A stretch of DNA of 63,887 nucleotides, the filler included, from Perkinsus chesapeaki ATCC PRA-425 (Eukaryota > Protista > Perkinsozoa), in assembly GCA_013115145.1 (NCBI GenBank). It is 9 parts of 9 records of this genome, joined end to end, with 100 filler letters (N's around TTAATTAATTAA, not from the genome) between each part and the next. Parts side by side here need not be neighbours in the genome. Positions count along the whole stretch, not along the records: positions 29,483 to 58,157 come from JAAPAO010000466.1; 8 more parts are not named here. One strand, 5' to 3'. How positions within the stretch are numbered: the stretch's first letter is position 1; each line of letters begins with the position of its first letter. Shown one piece after another: positions 33,572-46,035 of the stretch. The position numbers were made by a program, and so were the translations under genes. Under the pieces are notes generated by a model. It saw nothing but the letters and a program-made list of their open reading frames with translations, ran no database searches and was not told the DNA's origin.

Positions 33572-36500
33572 CTAACATCGAGTGATAAACTGATAGTAAT
33601 CTCGGATTATTGCTACTTTCAAAGCTTACTTCTCGTAGCTACTCAAATTGCTGGATCTTGCTAATACGTCTGGACGTTCCATAATGTTAGTCTCACTGAA
33701 GGCTCGCCGCCTTCGCACAACCTTGGCTCGGCTCTGACTCATATCCGGCTGAAATGGATCACTGAGCTGATCATACTGTCCTACTATGTCGAGAACCAAG
33801 ATGAACTGTGCTGGTATAATAGGGGTAGATGTGCGAGAACAACGCACATATCGAAGAGCGATATTGTGATCCGAGATTCATTAAGAATTTTGATGACCTA
33901 TTTCATCGATATATCGCAAGAATACGAAGCAATGATACGATGGCGAGGATACATTCCCGTATCCCGCATCAGGCCCTAGGTTAGGGAAAATTCGAATATG
34001 GTACCATATTGTACCAGTTTTGGGTCTGATATCCTACCATGGTAGGATATCAGACCCAAAACTGGTACAATTGCTCACAGTGTGAGCAGTAGTATCAGTT
34101 TTGCTTCGAGCCTCAGATTCAGAGCGATTCATCACCAGTGGTGGAGTCTCTGTGTGTTATCACCTATAAATGTAATGAAAACATTAATCCATTTTTCGTT
34201 GAAGAAATTTTTTGAAAGAAATTTCACAAATTGCCGGTAGGTTTTTACATCCCCAAGAATTGAAGAATGCATTCTTAATGGTGATTTAATGGATAGAGCC
34301 GAGAACTGAGGAGACAAGGGTAAACGGATATCACGTTGATCGATACCTCATCAATAGTACTATTCGAGAGACAATGACCGAATCATAGACTCATAACATC
34401 TTACCTTCTGGCGTTTCATTCTGAACTCCTCCATCGTCGCATCAATCGTACCAGCTATTCGATCTAAATGGCTCACATCCTTCCCCGACTTCACTGCCGA
34501 ATCAGCCTGGAATGACGTATCCCCAATTTGATCCATTCCGCCGACACAACTCACCGAAGTGGACGGCAAGGATGGGGCCCAAGTGAAATAGTCGAGCAAA
34601 GTGCCATCCTAATCAACGACATCAACACGGCACCGAAATGACGGTATTTACCTGCAGCGTCCGCGGTGTCAATTTTTCCAGGTCAGACGTTCTGACTGGA
34701 GTCGTACCAATTCTGTCGTTCGCTCTAGCCAAAGGTTTACTCGTAAACCTCCCGGCCAGCAGGTCCTGAGGGAGGTTAATCAATTGGCGCGCCCGGTCTC
34801 GGTTGCTGCACCTGAGGCTCCATTTTCGCCATTTTACCGAGGGGTCCATGATCATGAGCGCTCTTCAGTGCGAGTCGTGATTCATAGTAAGAGCTACGGT
34901 ATAAACATGCAACATATTATTTACATCATTGCTCACCGCTCCAAGTAGACAGGATCAACCTTGAAGAGAATTGAAAAGGCCAATCGGACCCCAGCTGGCA
35001 AATCGAATGGAAAAGGTGCTGATGGCCAGCTCGCGTGGGATGCTGGCAAATCTGAGTTGCGAGCATCGTCATCGTCACCAGCTCTGTTAGGGCTCACCGT
35101 CATAGGGCTCGATGTGCCTTCGAATGACAGCTCCATCCGACAGGCGTACAAGATCGAAACCGTGATGAGTAACCACAACTAGCATTGCCAGTTCAGCTAA
35201 GGAATGGAATTTGGGCCCGAACACTGCTGCCAGCTTACGATCGATAGACGGTAACACGGTGGTCGTATAAAATGCGTCTTCCATGTTCGCCGTCGGTAGA
35301 CTGAACTCGGAGACGACTGTGGCCGATGACGTGACGCCTAGAGAGATATGATCTCAACAGGAAGCGGAGGGGAGGGGACTCTACTTCGAGCTATCGAGGT
35401 GAAACTGGTCCGGCGTCTCAAGAGCTTGTTGGAAGGTGATAAGGAGTCCTCAGTCGGAGCACTGAGAACCGTGTACGTCCCGGGTAAAGAGTGAGACGCT
35501 TACCCTTCAAGGAGAGACGAGTCCCCTATGAGCGAGAAATCGAACACAACGACTTTACGCCCGGAGATCTCGGCGACAACCAAACCTTCAATTCTCAATC
35601 TGCCATTAGCCGGACCTTCAGTAGCTCCAGAGAAACAGCGAGCTTTCGCCCGATTGTTGCAAGTTGGTGTTTTCTTTCTCGTACCTGAGAGGAATTATTC
35701 TTGACTTTGTCTACGTATGAGGGAATCAAACTTGCGTATGTCCCAATGAGCCGATGAATCTGCCAGTGAAGCATTATAAAAAATCCTTGCCCAGTTGTAT
35801 TTCTCCGTAGACACGATCATTGATGTCATTTTAGTAGGTATTGTCGAACAACCATCTCAACGTTAGGGTTTTTATTAAGGTTCGGAACTATAATTCCACG
35901 CTGGAAGCAATTTACGACTCGTCCAAGGCGGATGGTCCAACAAGCATTCAGTAGCAGGTGGGTGTACTCTTTCTATCTCCATGAATTATCTTGCCTGCGA
36001 CAAGGAACAATCTATGAGAGCTTCTCTAGAACAGAACACCCGAGGAGGATCCGAAATATGATCCGAACCATTGAACGAAGGCGCCCTCCTTCTTCAGTCA
36101 TGCCACACGATAACTGCTCACCGTTTTCGCTCCGCACTGTATCCCGCAGTATTGCCATATTTGCTCGGCAAATAGTCTGATCAAGTTTCTAATGGCCAAT
36201 ACCTGGAAGTTATGCTCACCTTTAATGACTCTCCATAGCCAGCCTCGGAAATAGTTCCCATGAGCTCTTTCGTCGATTCGTCACACCGTGACAATATCTT
36301 TTCAAAAGCACTTTCCGAATGGGCAGCCGGCGTTTCATGCCTACTCGAGACCTAAGCGTGACGGGGGACCTTTATGTATCGTATCGAACTGGATAATACC
36401 GATCTGACTTACAAGCAGTTTCAAGCTTGAGGAGGCTTTGCAATTGTGTAAAGGGGGCTCCAAGTCCCTAAGTGGTATATCACAACAGTGCTCTGTGTTT

Positions 36501-39170
36501 TTATCGCTCCTATCATCGACCACCGCGATCCAGGATGAACTGTCGGTCGACTGTATATAGACCTGAGACTACTCGGTCAGGCCATTTCGAAAGTCATTCT
36601 ACCGACCTTCAGACGGAATCTCGCCGCCGGCATCATCATCACACATGCCTTCTCCGCTGCATCGGTGTAAATATCATCGTCTATATAAGTCGGATCAGGG
36701 ATCTCGACAACTTCCCTAGTTAGCACAATCAAAGCTCTCAAGCCCGGTAGGAAAGACATCGCCTCCACAGCAAGCCGTCGGCTGCTGCTGGCCAATCTTC
36801 CATTCACGGTTACAACACCGCTCGACGAACGTGACCAGACCTGCACCCGGTCATTCTGGGCTGATTCAGTGCATCCAACGAGAGGCTCTCCCGCTAAGCT
36901 AGCCGCTGCATGCAGGGTTCTACGTGACTCAGGCGGCAGCTCGCCAGGGGGTTCTACTCTATACAGGAGCGGCAAAAATTGCCCTTCCATTTGCTCATCG
37001 GAATGTACAAGACAAACCCCGTCCTCTGATAAGCTAATAACGAGTCCATCGATCGCTAAGTGACCTATGCTGATGACTGCTTCAAGATGAGCTTCAATCG
37101 GTTGCGGCGGTTTTGGGCCTGCCGAGGCCAAATGAACTGCTAGGAAGCCATCCGTGAAACCGACGAGGATCCTCGAGTGGTCCTGGCTCAAGGCCATGGC
37201 GCATATCTCCCGATCGACGTCTCGTGGGAATCCGAGTTCATCGATTTGAATTTCGTTCAGCAGTTCAGCTCTAGACAAGCTGTGCATCCTCAGCTTCTTT
37301 GGCTCGGCTATTATCAGGATTGATCTTGTCAAACTGACAGCTGCCGCGACTGGCAGCCCATTTCTCGACATGCTTCTTTCCGCCGCTCGATAACTAAGGT
37401 CGATGTGTCCAAAGTGAGTCGAGCAGAAGAGCAGCCTAGCGATGCCTTCGTTGTGAATATTCGTCAGTGTCATCTTCCCGGCGCCACCGGCACGCTCGAG
37501 GCCTGTATGTGAATTTTTGATCACTTGCACGCACTCGGACTTCTTCAGATCCCAAACGCGCATCTCTCCCCATGTGTCGCAAGTAACCACGAAGAAGGTG
37601 TTCCCCGCCAACACACCAACGGCTGTAAGAGGAGCTCTGTGGCCGCGTAATCGCTGGACGCTTGAGTGAGCCAAGCTCCCTGATCCCGGCGGCGGAGCAG
37701 GCTGTGCTACATAAACAATGCAGCTAGAGCCAATGATGACAAGACGATCCACACCAGAGACATATGCGACCGATCGGAGGCAAGGTCGGAGGCCCTCGAA
37801 GCTGGGAATTGTGAAACGGTGTACCTAGAGCGTCAGCTAGGGTTTATTACAAACTGTTTTCGCTACTTGGTATCCTGTTTTGACATTCCAAACCCCAACA
37901 GTTGCATCATCTGCAACACTTGCCATCATTCTCGTATCAGTCTGTTCCAAGGATGTTGACACCCTACCGAGGTCAGTGACATCGGTAACTCTACCGTCGT
38001 GGCAGCCCAGCATGCAGACACCGAGTGTGATGATAACACTTGAATGATCAACATTCTTCACCGGGATACTCAAGTCAATCTCTTCGTGGGCCTACCATCG
38101 GCCAGTCTGGAAAATGCATGCAAGTTATCGGTACCTGGTTTGGCGATTTCCTTGCGGAAGAGACTTTAAAGGCTCTCAGGAAATGAGATTGTCCATCAGC
38201 GGCAATGAAACTGTCAAGCTGGTTGCTGAACCATATGCCCTCGCAACTTGACGATTCTTCGCCATCTAATCTGCGCATGTTGATAACTTCACGGCAAGGG
38301 AATCTCCACATTCCAGGGCGCAACGGTTCATCGCTCGACAGGTTCTTGTTCAAGGCGGACAGATCCCAAAGGGCAACGCCGCCGTCAGTCAAGCGTGCAG
38401 CTACATAGGTGGCCGATCGCCCTTCCTCAGCTCCATCTGTGGCGATGTGTGTGGCCCTGAGGTCTTCGCGGGGAAGTAGAAATTCTCCAACCCAGTCTAT
38501 GGCGCAGGTTTTCTTGTGTGAGGCCCAGATCCTCACGCTGCTCGAATGCTCCTCTGCCGAGATCAGGAGATTCATATTCGTGAAAATTTTGAACTTGTTG
38601 GAGCGTAGGGGCAACGCGCAAAATCCGACAATTCTCCCAAAATGGCGACACTCATCGATGGTTCTGGGTTGTGCCGCAGCCTGAACGACACGATGTGATG
38701 GTCTACAAATTATAACTTCCTTACCGAACATCTTGGAATCGACACTCCTCGCACACGAAGATTCTCACGACCTTCGTTGGCCCTATCGGATTCCTTTACT
38801 CGTTCCAGCATATAATCGGTAAACCCAGACCAGTTTATTTTGAAAGCTCCGTCCAACTCGCTTGGTGCGAGATTGTTATCACCAGCTTGCTGTGAAATGT
38901 AGATATCAGTGAAAAGATCAATCACAGAACATCTAAGATCAGCCAGACCCGACTCGGACGCAGGCTTGATGATTTCTTCAAACGCCTCACACCAGAAGGC
39001 AATATCTCTACCGGTATCTGAATAGAATTATGTAACTAACTCAAGTCAGCTGCTGCTTTCTCACCAGATTCGTGCCCCTTGATAATAGCCGCGAGCTGTC
39101 GCATATCAAACTCCTCCAACGCTTCTAGCAGTTCATATCTCGTGGAAAAGCTTCTGCAGTGTTTCTAACA
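33572..39170 (-). CDS. Large EF-hand-like plus WD40-repeat protein (WDR49/CFAP337/WDR64-like architecture), multi-exon
   Basis: N-terminal IDLFTDI...INWSGFTDYML; WD repeats SSVRIWAS, GGVALWDL, SVADDATVGVWNVKTG, RLRGHRAPLTAV...GEMRVWDLKKSECVQ; low-complexity tail to about 33572. WD40 is confident; the family and the single-gene extent are inferred. Confidence 0.6.
34008..34071. repeat. Perfect 64-bp spacerless palindrome
   Basis: attgtaccagttttgggtctgatatcctacca|tggtaggatatcagacccaaaactggtacaat. Confidence 0.95.
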
Positions 39171-39643
39171 ACAACATGGCCGATGACCGTGGCTATTTAG
39201 CGGCGGTTTCTGATCACCTCTGAGAACTGGTCACCGCCGCGTTCAGCCTGTCTAGCTATCCGTGTAGCACTTATCATTCAGCGAGGCCATTGGCAATCAC
39301 AACAAAGACCAGAAGATACCAAACATGATACCGGCTCCGTTGCATGAATCAACGATTGACATTCCCCGTCACGCATTGGCGATAATCACCTTCACAGAAT
39401 CTTGAGGCCTTCCGAACCAAGGTCACTAAGCTAAGGTTAAAAACCAACATTCACGAGAGCTTTCCTTGGAAAATTATTTATCATGTTTTCAGGTTTCAAT
39501 TATTTCATGGCCGAAGAGTTTCGAGTCTTCCCAGTGAACTATTTTCTAAAGGGTGAAACGAAGTATCGCCGTGTAACTGTGGAAATCGGTATATGAAACG
39601 GCTATCTTCAAGATATACATGTGACATGTTCTCCTTCACAAGG

Positions 39644-42612
39644 CTATCGAGTTGGTTGATAAGCTGCAGCTAGTTCCATCGCCAGGTCACGAAGACACTC
39701 TCGACGATCGTTATATCGGCCAAGCCTGCTTCGCATCACACTGTTTGCCGGCTCAAGGATTCTCCCGAGGTCGCTTCGATAAAGAAGGTCGAATCCGCCA
39801 ATCCTTCTCAAATCAGGATACTTATCCCTAGGGATGACCTCTTCAGTGTTCAGGACGTTGAATGCGTCATCTAGCATGTTGAATTTCATTCTGTAGTCAT
39901 TTTTAGTGTTGGCTGTCAGGCTGGGGGATGCATTGACCTCAAGCAGCCATGGCTTCAACTCAGCGTCCAACATCACATCGTAGCCGTACAGTTCGAAACT
40001 ATGCCTGTCCGGTGCAACCTTCGCCTCCACTGCTTTGAGTGAGACGATAATGAGGCTTTCTATGTCGAAGAGCGCCTTGTCAACCCGACTCCCTCCGAAT
40101 CTGCTGACTAGGAAGCTCTTAAGCTCGTTCAGGTCGTACTTGCCACCGTGTGACGCATCGTATCCGGGTGACACTTTTTGTACAGCTACATTCGTCAAAT
40201 GGACGGCATTGTTCGTCATGCTGCTCTTCGAGTTAGAATAACGAGACATCGATAGTCTAGCAAACCCTTCGCGATAAACCCAAACCGTCAAAGGTGAGTA
40301 GCTCGGCACGAGTACGTAAATCCGAAGGTCAAATTTCTTGCCACCTGCATAGAGTAGAAATACGTGGTGATAAACGCCTCATGTTTGTGATATTATTTTA
40401 TCACCCAGCAGCAAAGGGTTTGAGATATATCTCTGAACAATGTAGGCCTCGACCACACCAGGTGGAAGCCCCGTTATATTCGTGCCTGCCGATTTCTCCT
40501 CGTTGGAGTTTGTCTGAGAATAATAAACACCGTTACAAAATAATACAACATGACATAATTATCGAATATTTCATTCAATTTAAGGAGTTTGTTGATGTTT
40601 CTTTGACAGTTAAGCCTCTAGACTGTATAAATCATGACAGATGACAATTTGCCAGCGAGGTATTTTCGCTCGCCCAGTAAGTTTCCGTGAAACTGCCGGA
40701 TTTGAAATTTATTTTGAAAAAATCCGTGCTTGCCACCAGCAGCACGATTCACTCACCTGGTTTGTGCGTTGACTTTGAGCCTTACCCACATTTCCGACTG
40801 GTGCTCGTTCGCCAACTGAAAGCCTTCTTCCGCCAATTGGAGCTGCTTTGCTGCCCCCACTATTTTGTTGAGCGGCTGCCATTAGCTGAGCCATGTGAGA
40901 CATACTACCTGACACGAACGACGCAAGAAAAGACATAGGAAAACACCAAATTAAAAAGCAAAACATCTAGTCGAATTGTTTTGCTGTGCTATACGCGTTT
41001 CATGGCTGCGGCGAGTTAAGCAAGAAGTGCTCCCAAGAGCATTAAGCCACAGCAGTTACTCCTACTATAGCATGGCAGTGGAAAAGGTAATATTTTTAAA
41101 ATGCTGCATTCGTCTGCACTTATACTCTTCTGAGTTGTGAAATATCGAATGGAGCATGCGCTCCAAAGGCATTAAATTGTTCCGAACAATTTGTTAATCC
41201 AGAATCGATACCTATCTTAACAGCACCCTTCCAAATAGTCGAGGCCTGATCTACATAAGATCAGCTGCGTGCTGAACTGATAACACTTAATAGATCCAGC
41301 TTCAGTACGGCGTTCATTGGTCGTAGTGGATACGGCCGCCGTATTACGGCGTGTGCTCGATCACAGCCCATCGATGAGTATCAATGAAAGTTTTACATCT
41401 CAACGTCGGTGATGATGTTACTTATTTTTCCGCCTTTCCAATCGCTTATTTGTGATAGCCTATCAAACAAGAATATCCCTTTCCCTTGCGCAGTGTTCGT
41501 CGGTTTCATTATCCACCAACCCCCACCGCTGCCCCCTCTCTTAAATCTCTCCGAAAACACAGCATAATCATTAGGTAGGACCTAATCGCCGTCCGAGCTC
41601 ATCATGCTGCCCAGCATGCTGTACAGTGTACATAGGTCTCGAGTATGCAACCGTCCAGCAACACTTTCCATGTCTCGTCGCAGTCCTCGCTTCGCACGGA
41701 CGCTTTTTCTCTCGCTCGGTTCAAATTCTTTGCCTGTTGAGAATCCACGATGGCGTGGCGACTGGTGACTGGTACCAGCATATCCTTCCGAGTGAGCTGG
41801 TAGTGGTTCCGGAAATGGTTCACCTTCTGTGTCGGGCCGAGATAGATCTTATCAAATATTTCCGACACCCACTCCTTATCAAACCTGGAGGAGATTTCAA
41901 CCAAGTTGGTCGGGACGCCCACCAAAAAATGTCGCATTCGACTTGGAGCTTTCCGCGTGGACCCTGCTAATAAAAAGATGTTTCTAATGCAAGCCGTATG
42001 TTTCCGGACTTCTTGCTCTCTCCCATCGTTTGCAATATACCGTGAAAAGCGTGTTGCTGCCGGATCGCTCGAATCGACTTCTTCAGCTGGGGAGGTCTCT
42101 TCGTAACTGAGACCTTTTCTAATATCATCTCGAAGATATGTCACGGCCGAGACCGTGTTATTGACGTATCGAAGAGGGTACATTTTCTTGTCGGATCTCC
42201 AACCAAAGACTTTAAGAATTCGTTGGTCAGCAGGGTGTTTTAAGCTCAAAAGCATGAAAGATTTCAGCGCGAAAGCCTTTTGGTCGAATCCTAGGTTGAA
42301 ATGGTTTGAGGTCAGTTCAAATTCAACGTAGCACCATCATCATAGTAGTGTCCCGTCTAATCAGTTAGCTCACCCTCTCGAAACGAGCACATCGTAAATG
42401 ACGTTTTTGAAAGATGTGCGGAATTTGATTCGCCGAAAGCCGCCTTTATGTGCTTTAGTTTTTCCTTCTTTAGCTGGTCTGGTTCCCACCGGCTGCGCTT
42501 TCGCTGGAAAGAGGAACAGTCGCAAGTATTCGGTCATTTCCGCCAGCTGAGCAAGGAACGGCGGCATGCAGTGGTGCGTGAGAGAGTCGACGCGGAGGTA
42601 AATCGAAGGCAT
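39644..42612 (-). CDS. TTLL9: Tubulin polyglutamylase, TTLL9-like (multi-exon)
   Basis: IKFRTSFKNVIYDVL, CDIFW|FDKEW, VNHFRNHYQLTRKD, WIMKPTNTAQGKGIFLF, YIVQRYISNPLLLG|GKKFDLRIYVL, HLTNVAVQK, FELYGYDVMLD, PWLLEVNASPSLTA, RIGGFDL. Start approximate. Confidence 0.85.
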
Positions 42613-43037
42613 TCAGCGCTCGGGCAACAGCGGGTCGGATAAGATACAATAGGAGTCTACGTTCCTACTCGGTTCATCTATCCCCACTCTATGGTGAGAC
42701 AGTGAGACTGCTATACATTGTTATAGATAAATATCTTATGCTTATTTATATCACTGCGGAATATGATAATATATATTTTATATATCTCTATATCATTCAT
42801 ATTTATTATGTACAATATATTAGTGATACTTATTGATACCGATTATATCACATCTTCGATCTATTTGTACTTATAGACATTAACGCTCCAACAAGATCGA
42901 TATCGAACGTGTCTCTCAAGCTGGACTCAACGCTCCAGAATGCCCCGGTGATCGAGCACATCACCGCGGCTTTGGGTTGAACACAAGACGTCTCGACTGC
43001 ACATCAGGTGATGAAATATCATGACACCGCGGAATCA

Positions 43038-45070
43038 CTATTCATCGAGCTTGATGAGAATCTAGGACAAAGCAGATTGAAGCATGCGAGATAAGAGCCT
43101 CACTTCAGACTCGCTGAACTTTTTAATAGCGGCTTCGACCTCTTCAATGCTTGCTTCAATCGACTTTTGCCTTTCTTGCTGACGCCTAAGCTCGATTCTC
43201 AAAGGAAGGGCTGAGTACTCCTTCTCTAGTGAGGCTTTACCTGAACTCTAAATGGGCTACTGCAAACAAGCACCATTCACAAAGCATTCACTGAAAATCC
43301 ATTTAGTGTAAAGCGCGGACAGAATTAATAATTATAATTATCTTTAAGAGGCTAACGGTATGGGGTCATTAATAAGGTGAAAGTGATTATAAGATACAAT
43401 GTTTATATCCATACACTGTATATACGTAACCATATACACCCGTGTCGAATGCGTGCAACTGGGCATATACAGATTGGGCGAGACATTAATATCATATAAC
43501 TACCATGGCTGAGGGTCTACTACAGAAGTATGGCTGCTACATGCTCAGTAGAACTCATTTTTTAGGTCGCGCACAACTTTTGCTAAAATTGTGTGAGGGG
43601 GTGTATATATAATGGATACGTAAGACCATTGATATAAAAAGAAAATATATACATATATATACCATATATATTTATATGATATATACAATAAACCATAAAG
43701 ATAAGCGTTAACTATTAGCATATCCTTACGACTCTTCAAGTGCTCTAATATATCTTTTTGCTCATCCTCAGCCATATAGCGATATCTGATGAAATATTAA
43801 AGCTGTCGAAGAGACAACGGTGGCGGCCAATGCAAGAAGGAAATGTTTGTTTTAAAAGGGACTGATAAAGCCCGCTGTAGTACGAGGGGATTACTCACCC
43901 CGGCGGTGCCTCCTCCAGGCGTTTTTGTTCATCAAGTAAGGCTTGTAATCTTGCGCGCTCCCGACGAGTGATGCTGAGATAACTTATCACCACTGTTATA
44001 CCGTAGAGACGATAATTGCAAGGTTAACAACAATAAGCAAATAGCGTGAGGAATGATTCCTCCTCCTCAACCCATGAGAGTCGGAGGAGGCTTTCTAGGA
44101 CTGTCCCAGCTGATACATATGCCGATGGATGACAGACTGTCGAGATCATCCGACCCTCGAGTCTACATTTATAACCCCCCGTACATGTTTATAATTTACG
44201 GCACTTGTTGGCATCTAAGGTTTTTACGTAATATAGAGCATTGAATATCTAATTTCTATCGTGCTGTCAGCTTACTGTATTTCTAAGCCGACACATATAA
44301 GAATGCTACTATAACACGTCCAACGCATCGTAATTGACTTCGACGCACAAGCCTTACTATTCTGGTACTTTTCCAAAGCTCTTATGCATCTTCGGTCCTT
44401 CGTTAGGGTCACTTTGAACCTGTCTAATATTACTAACAAACGGTCATTTACAATCAACTCACCTGAGGGCATTTACGCTGCACGCCACTCCCTCCTTTTT
44501 GACTGTCACTATCTGAGACATCCTAAAAAAGCACGAAACCGCTAAAACACTTGGAAGAAGTCGGGTCGAAATCCCAGTGGAAGACGGTAGACATAGAAAA
44601 TACAGAAGACTCTTCGTATGCGGAAAAGTACGACTCAAGAATATTTTCTGTAAAATACAGATAATCGATTACTTAGCGTAGCGTAAGTAGGTAGTGCATA
44701 ATACCGTTGTCCTCATTTGGACGCAAATACTGTCTCTACAGATGCAAACCGTAATAAACCTCGTAAAAATATTCTTGTTCGACTCAGTAGCGATAATTAG
44801 CTTATCTTCGATACCCTCAACTTTCTCACCTCAATTTTCCCACTTTTCTTCTCCATAAAACGAGAAGGCACCTCCGAGAACCTCTTCATCTTAAATGGCA
44901 CTTGTCGCTGTTTTTCGTCCTCCTGAAACACTTCCATCACAAATCGACATAACCGTTTCGTCTCACCTTCGTTTTCTTGGCTTTGCGATTTTCGATTATT
45001 TTTTTAATGTTCAAAAGATTCTCCTTTATTGCATCGCGATCGCACCTCTTCCTGTCCTAAAAAGCCTGCT
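43038..45070 (-). CDS. ENKD1: Enkurin-domain protein, ENKD1-like (multi-exon)
   Basis: Spliced KENLLNIKKI...FKMKRFSEVPSR...MHKSFGKVPEY|ITRRERARLQ...APPG|YRYMAEDEQKDILEHLKSR|KASLEKEYSALPLRIE...IEEVEAAIKKFSESE|ILIKLDE*. 5' end not resolved. Confidence 0.75.
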
Positions 45071-46035
45071 TCAGCTTTGAGCCCTAAGCCATCTCTTTAT
45101 TATCAATACTAATGGAGGAACTAAAGTGGAGTTATCTAAAGTATCACCACTTCTGTGCTGAATTGCGATATATCTATTCGCCAACGGAGCTCTGCTAAAG
45201 GCGTCCTCTGTAAGTATCCAAGAGTTACGAGTAAAAGTTCGATAGAAACGCGATCTGTTACAGATCATCTGTAAACCTACGAAGAGCTTCACCCGTTGTC
45301 CCTGGGCCGGGGACATTCTATCCTCCCCTGCTCCGAAGCTCTACAGAGGGAAATACGAAACCGCTTCGTTAAAAGCAATTCTGGCTGCAACTGGCCATTG
45401 GCCAATCACGAGCAAAGAAGGCAACTTATGGCTTAGTTTGAGGTTTAGACTTAAAGTTGTGAGAAGGAAGCCAATGTGACCTACAATTGTGTTATCTGTC
45501 TGCTGCATTAGCGAGCTGATTGCAGCTCCTGATCTGGCGGCGTATCCGACAGAGACTCTCATTTGAGATATTATTATACTGCAAAAATTCACCATTGCAA
45601 TTCGTAGACGAATTCGGAGAAAAGGTGCGAAAATTCCGCCTGTAATTCGCGAGAAAATTATCGAAATCGGTAAAAAATCTTTTGTTTTACATTTTGGTGA
45701 AAAGTCTAATCTTTCCTTCTTTGATGAAAATGTCTTATGCGGAGACACCCAAGAGATGTTTCCCTAACGTTCAGCTGAACAACCGATTCACCTTCAGGAA
45801 TATTAACCCTGGCATTATCGAATACCAAAAAGAACTTTAATGGCACGATAATAACAATATTTTTTCAGAAAGATAAAATATTCCTTCCATTCATCGGTTT
45901 CGTTACATCGCGTCTGGCCCCAGTGGTATCAAAGCCAAGGAGTGATGCAATTGATTACCGGGCTGATGGAGCCAAAGCCATGCCCCGACCAGCCGCCACC
46001 AAAACGCAACACTCGTAACATAACAAAATACAACT

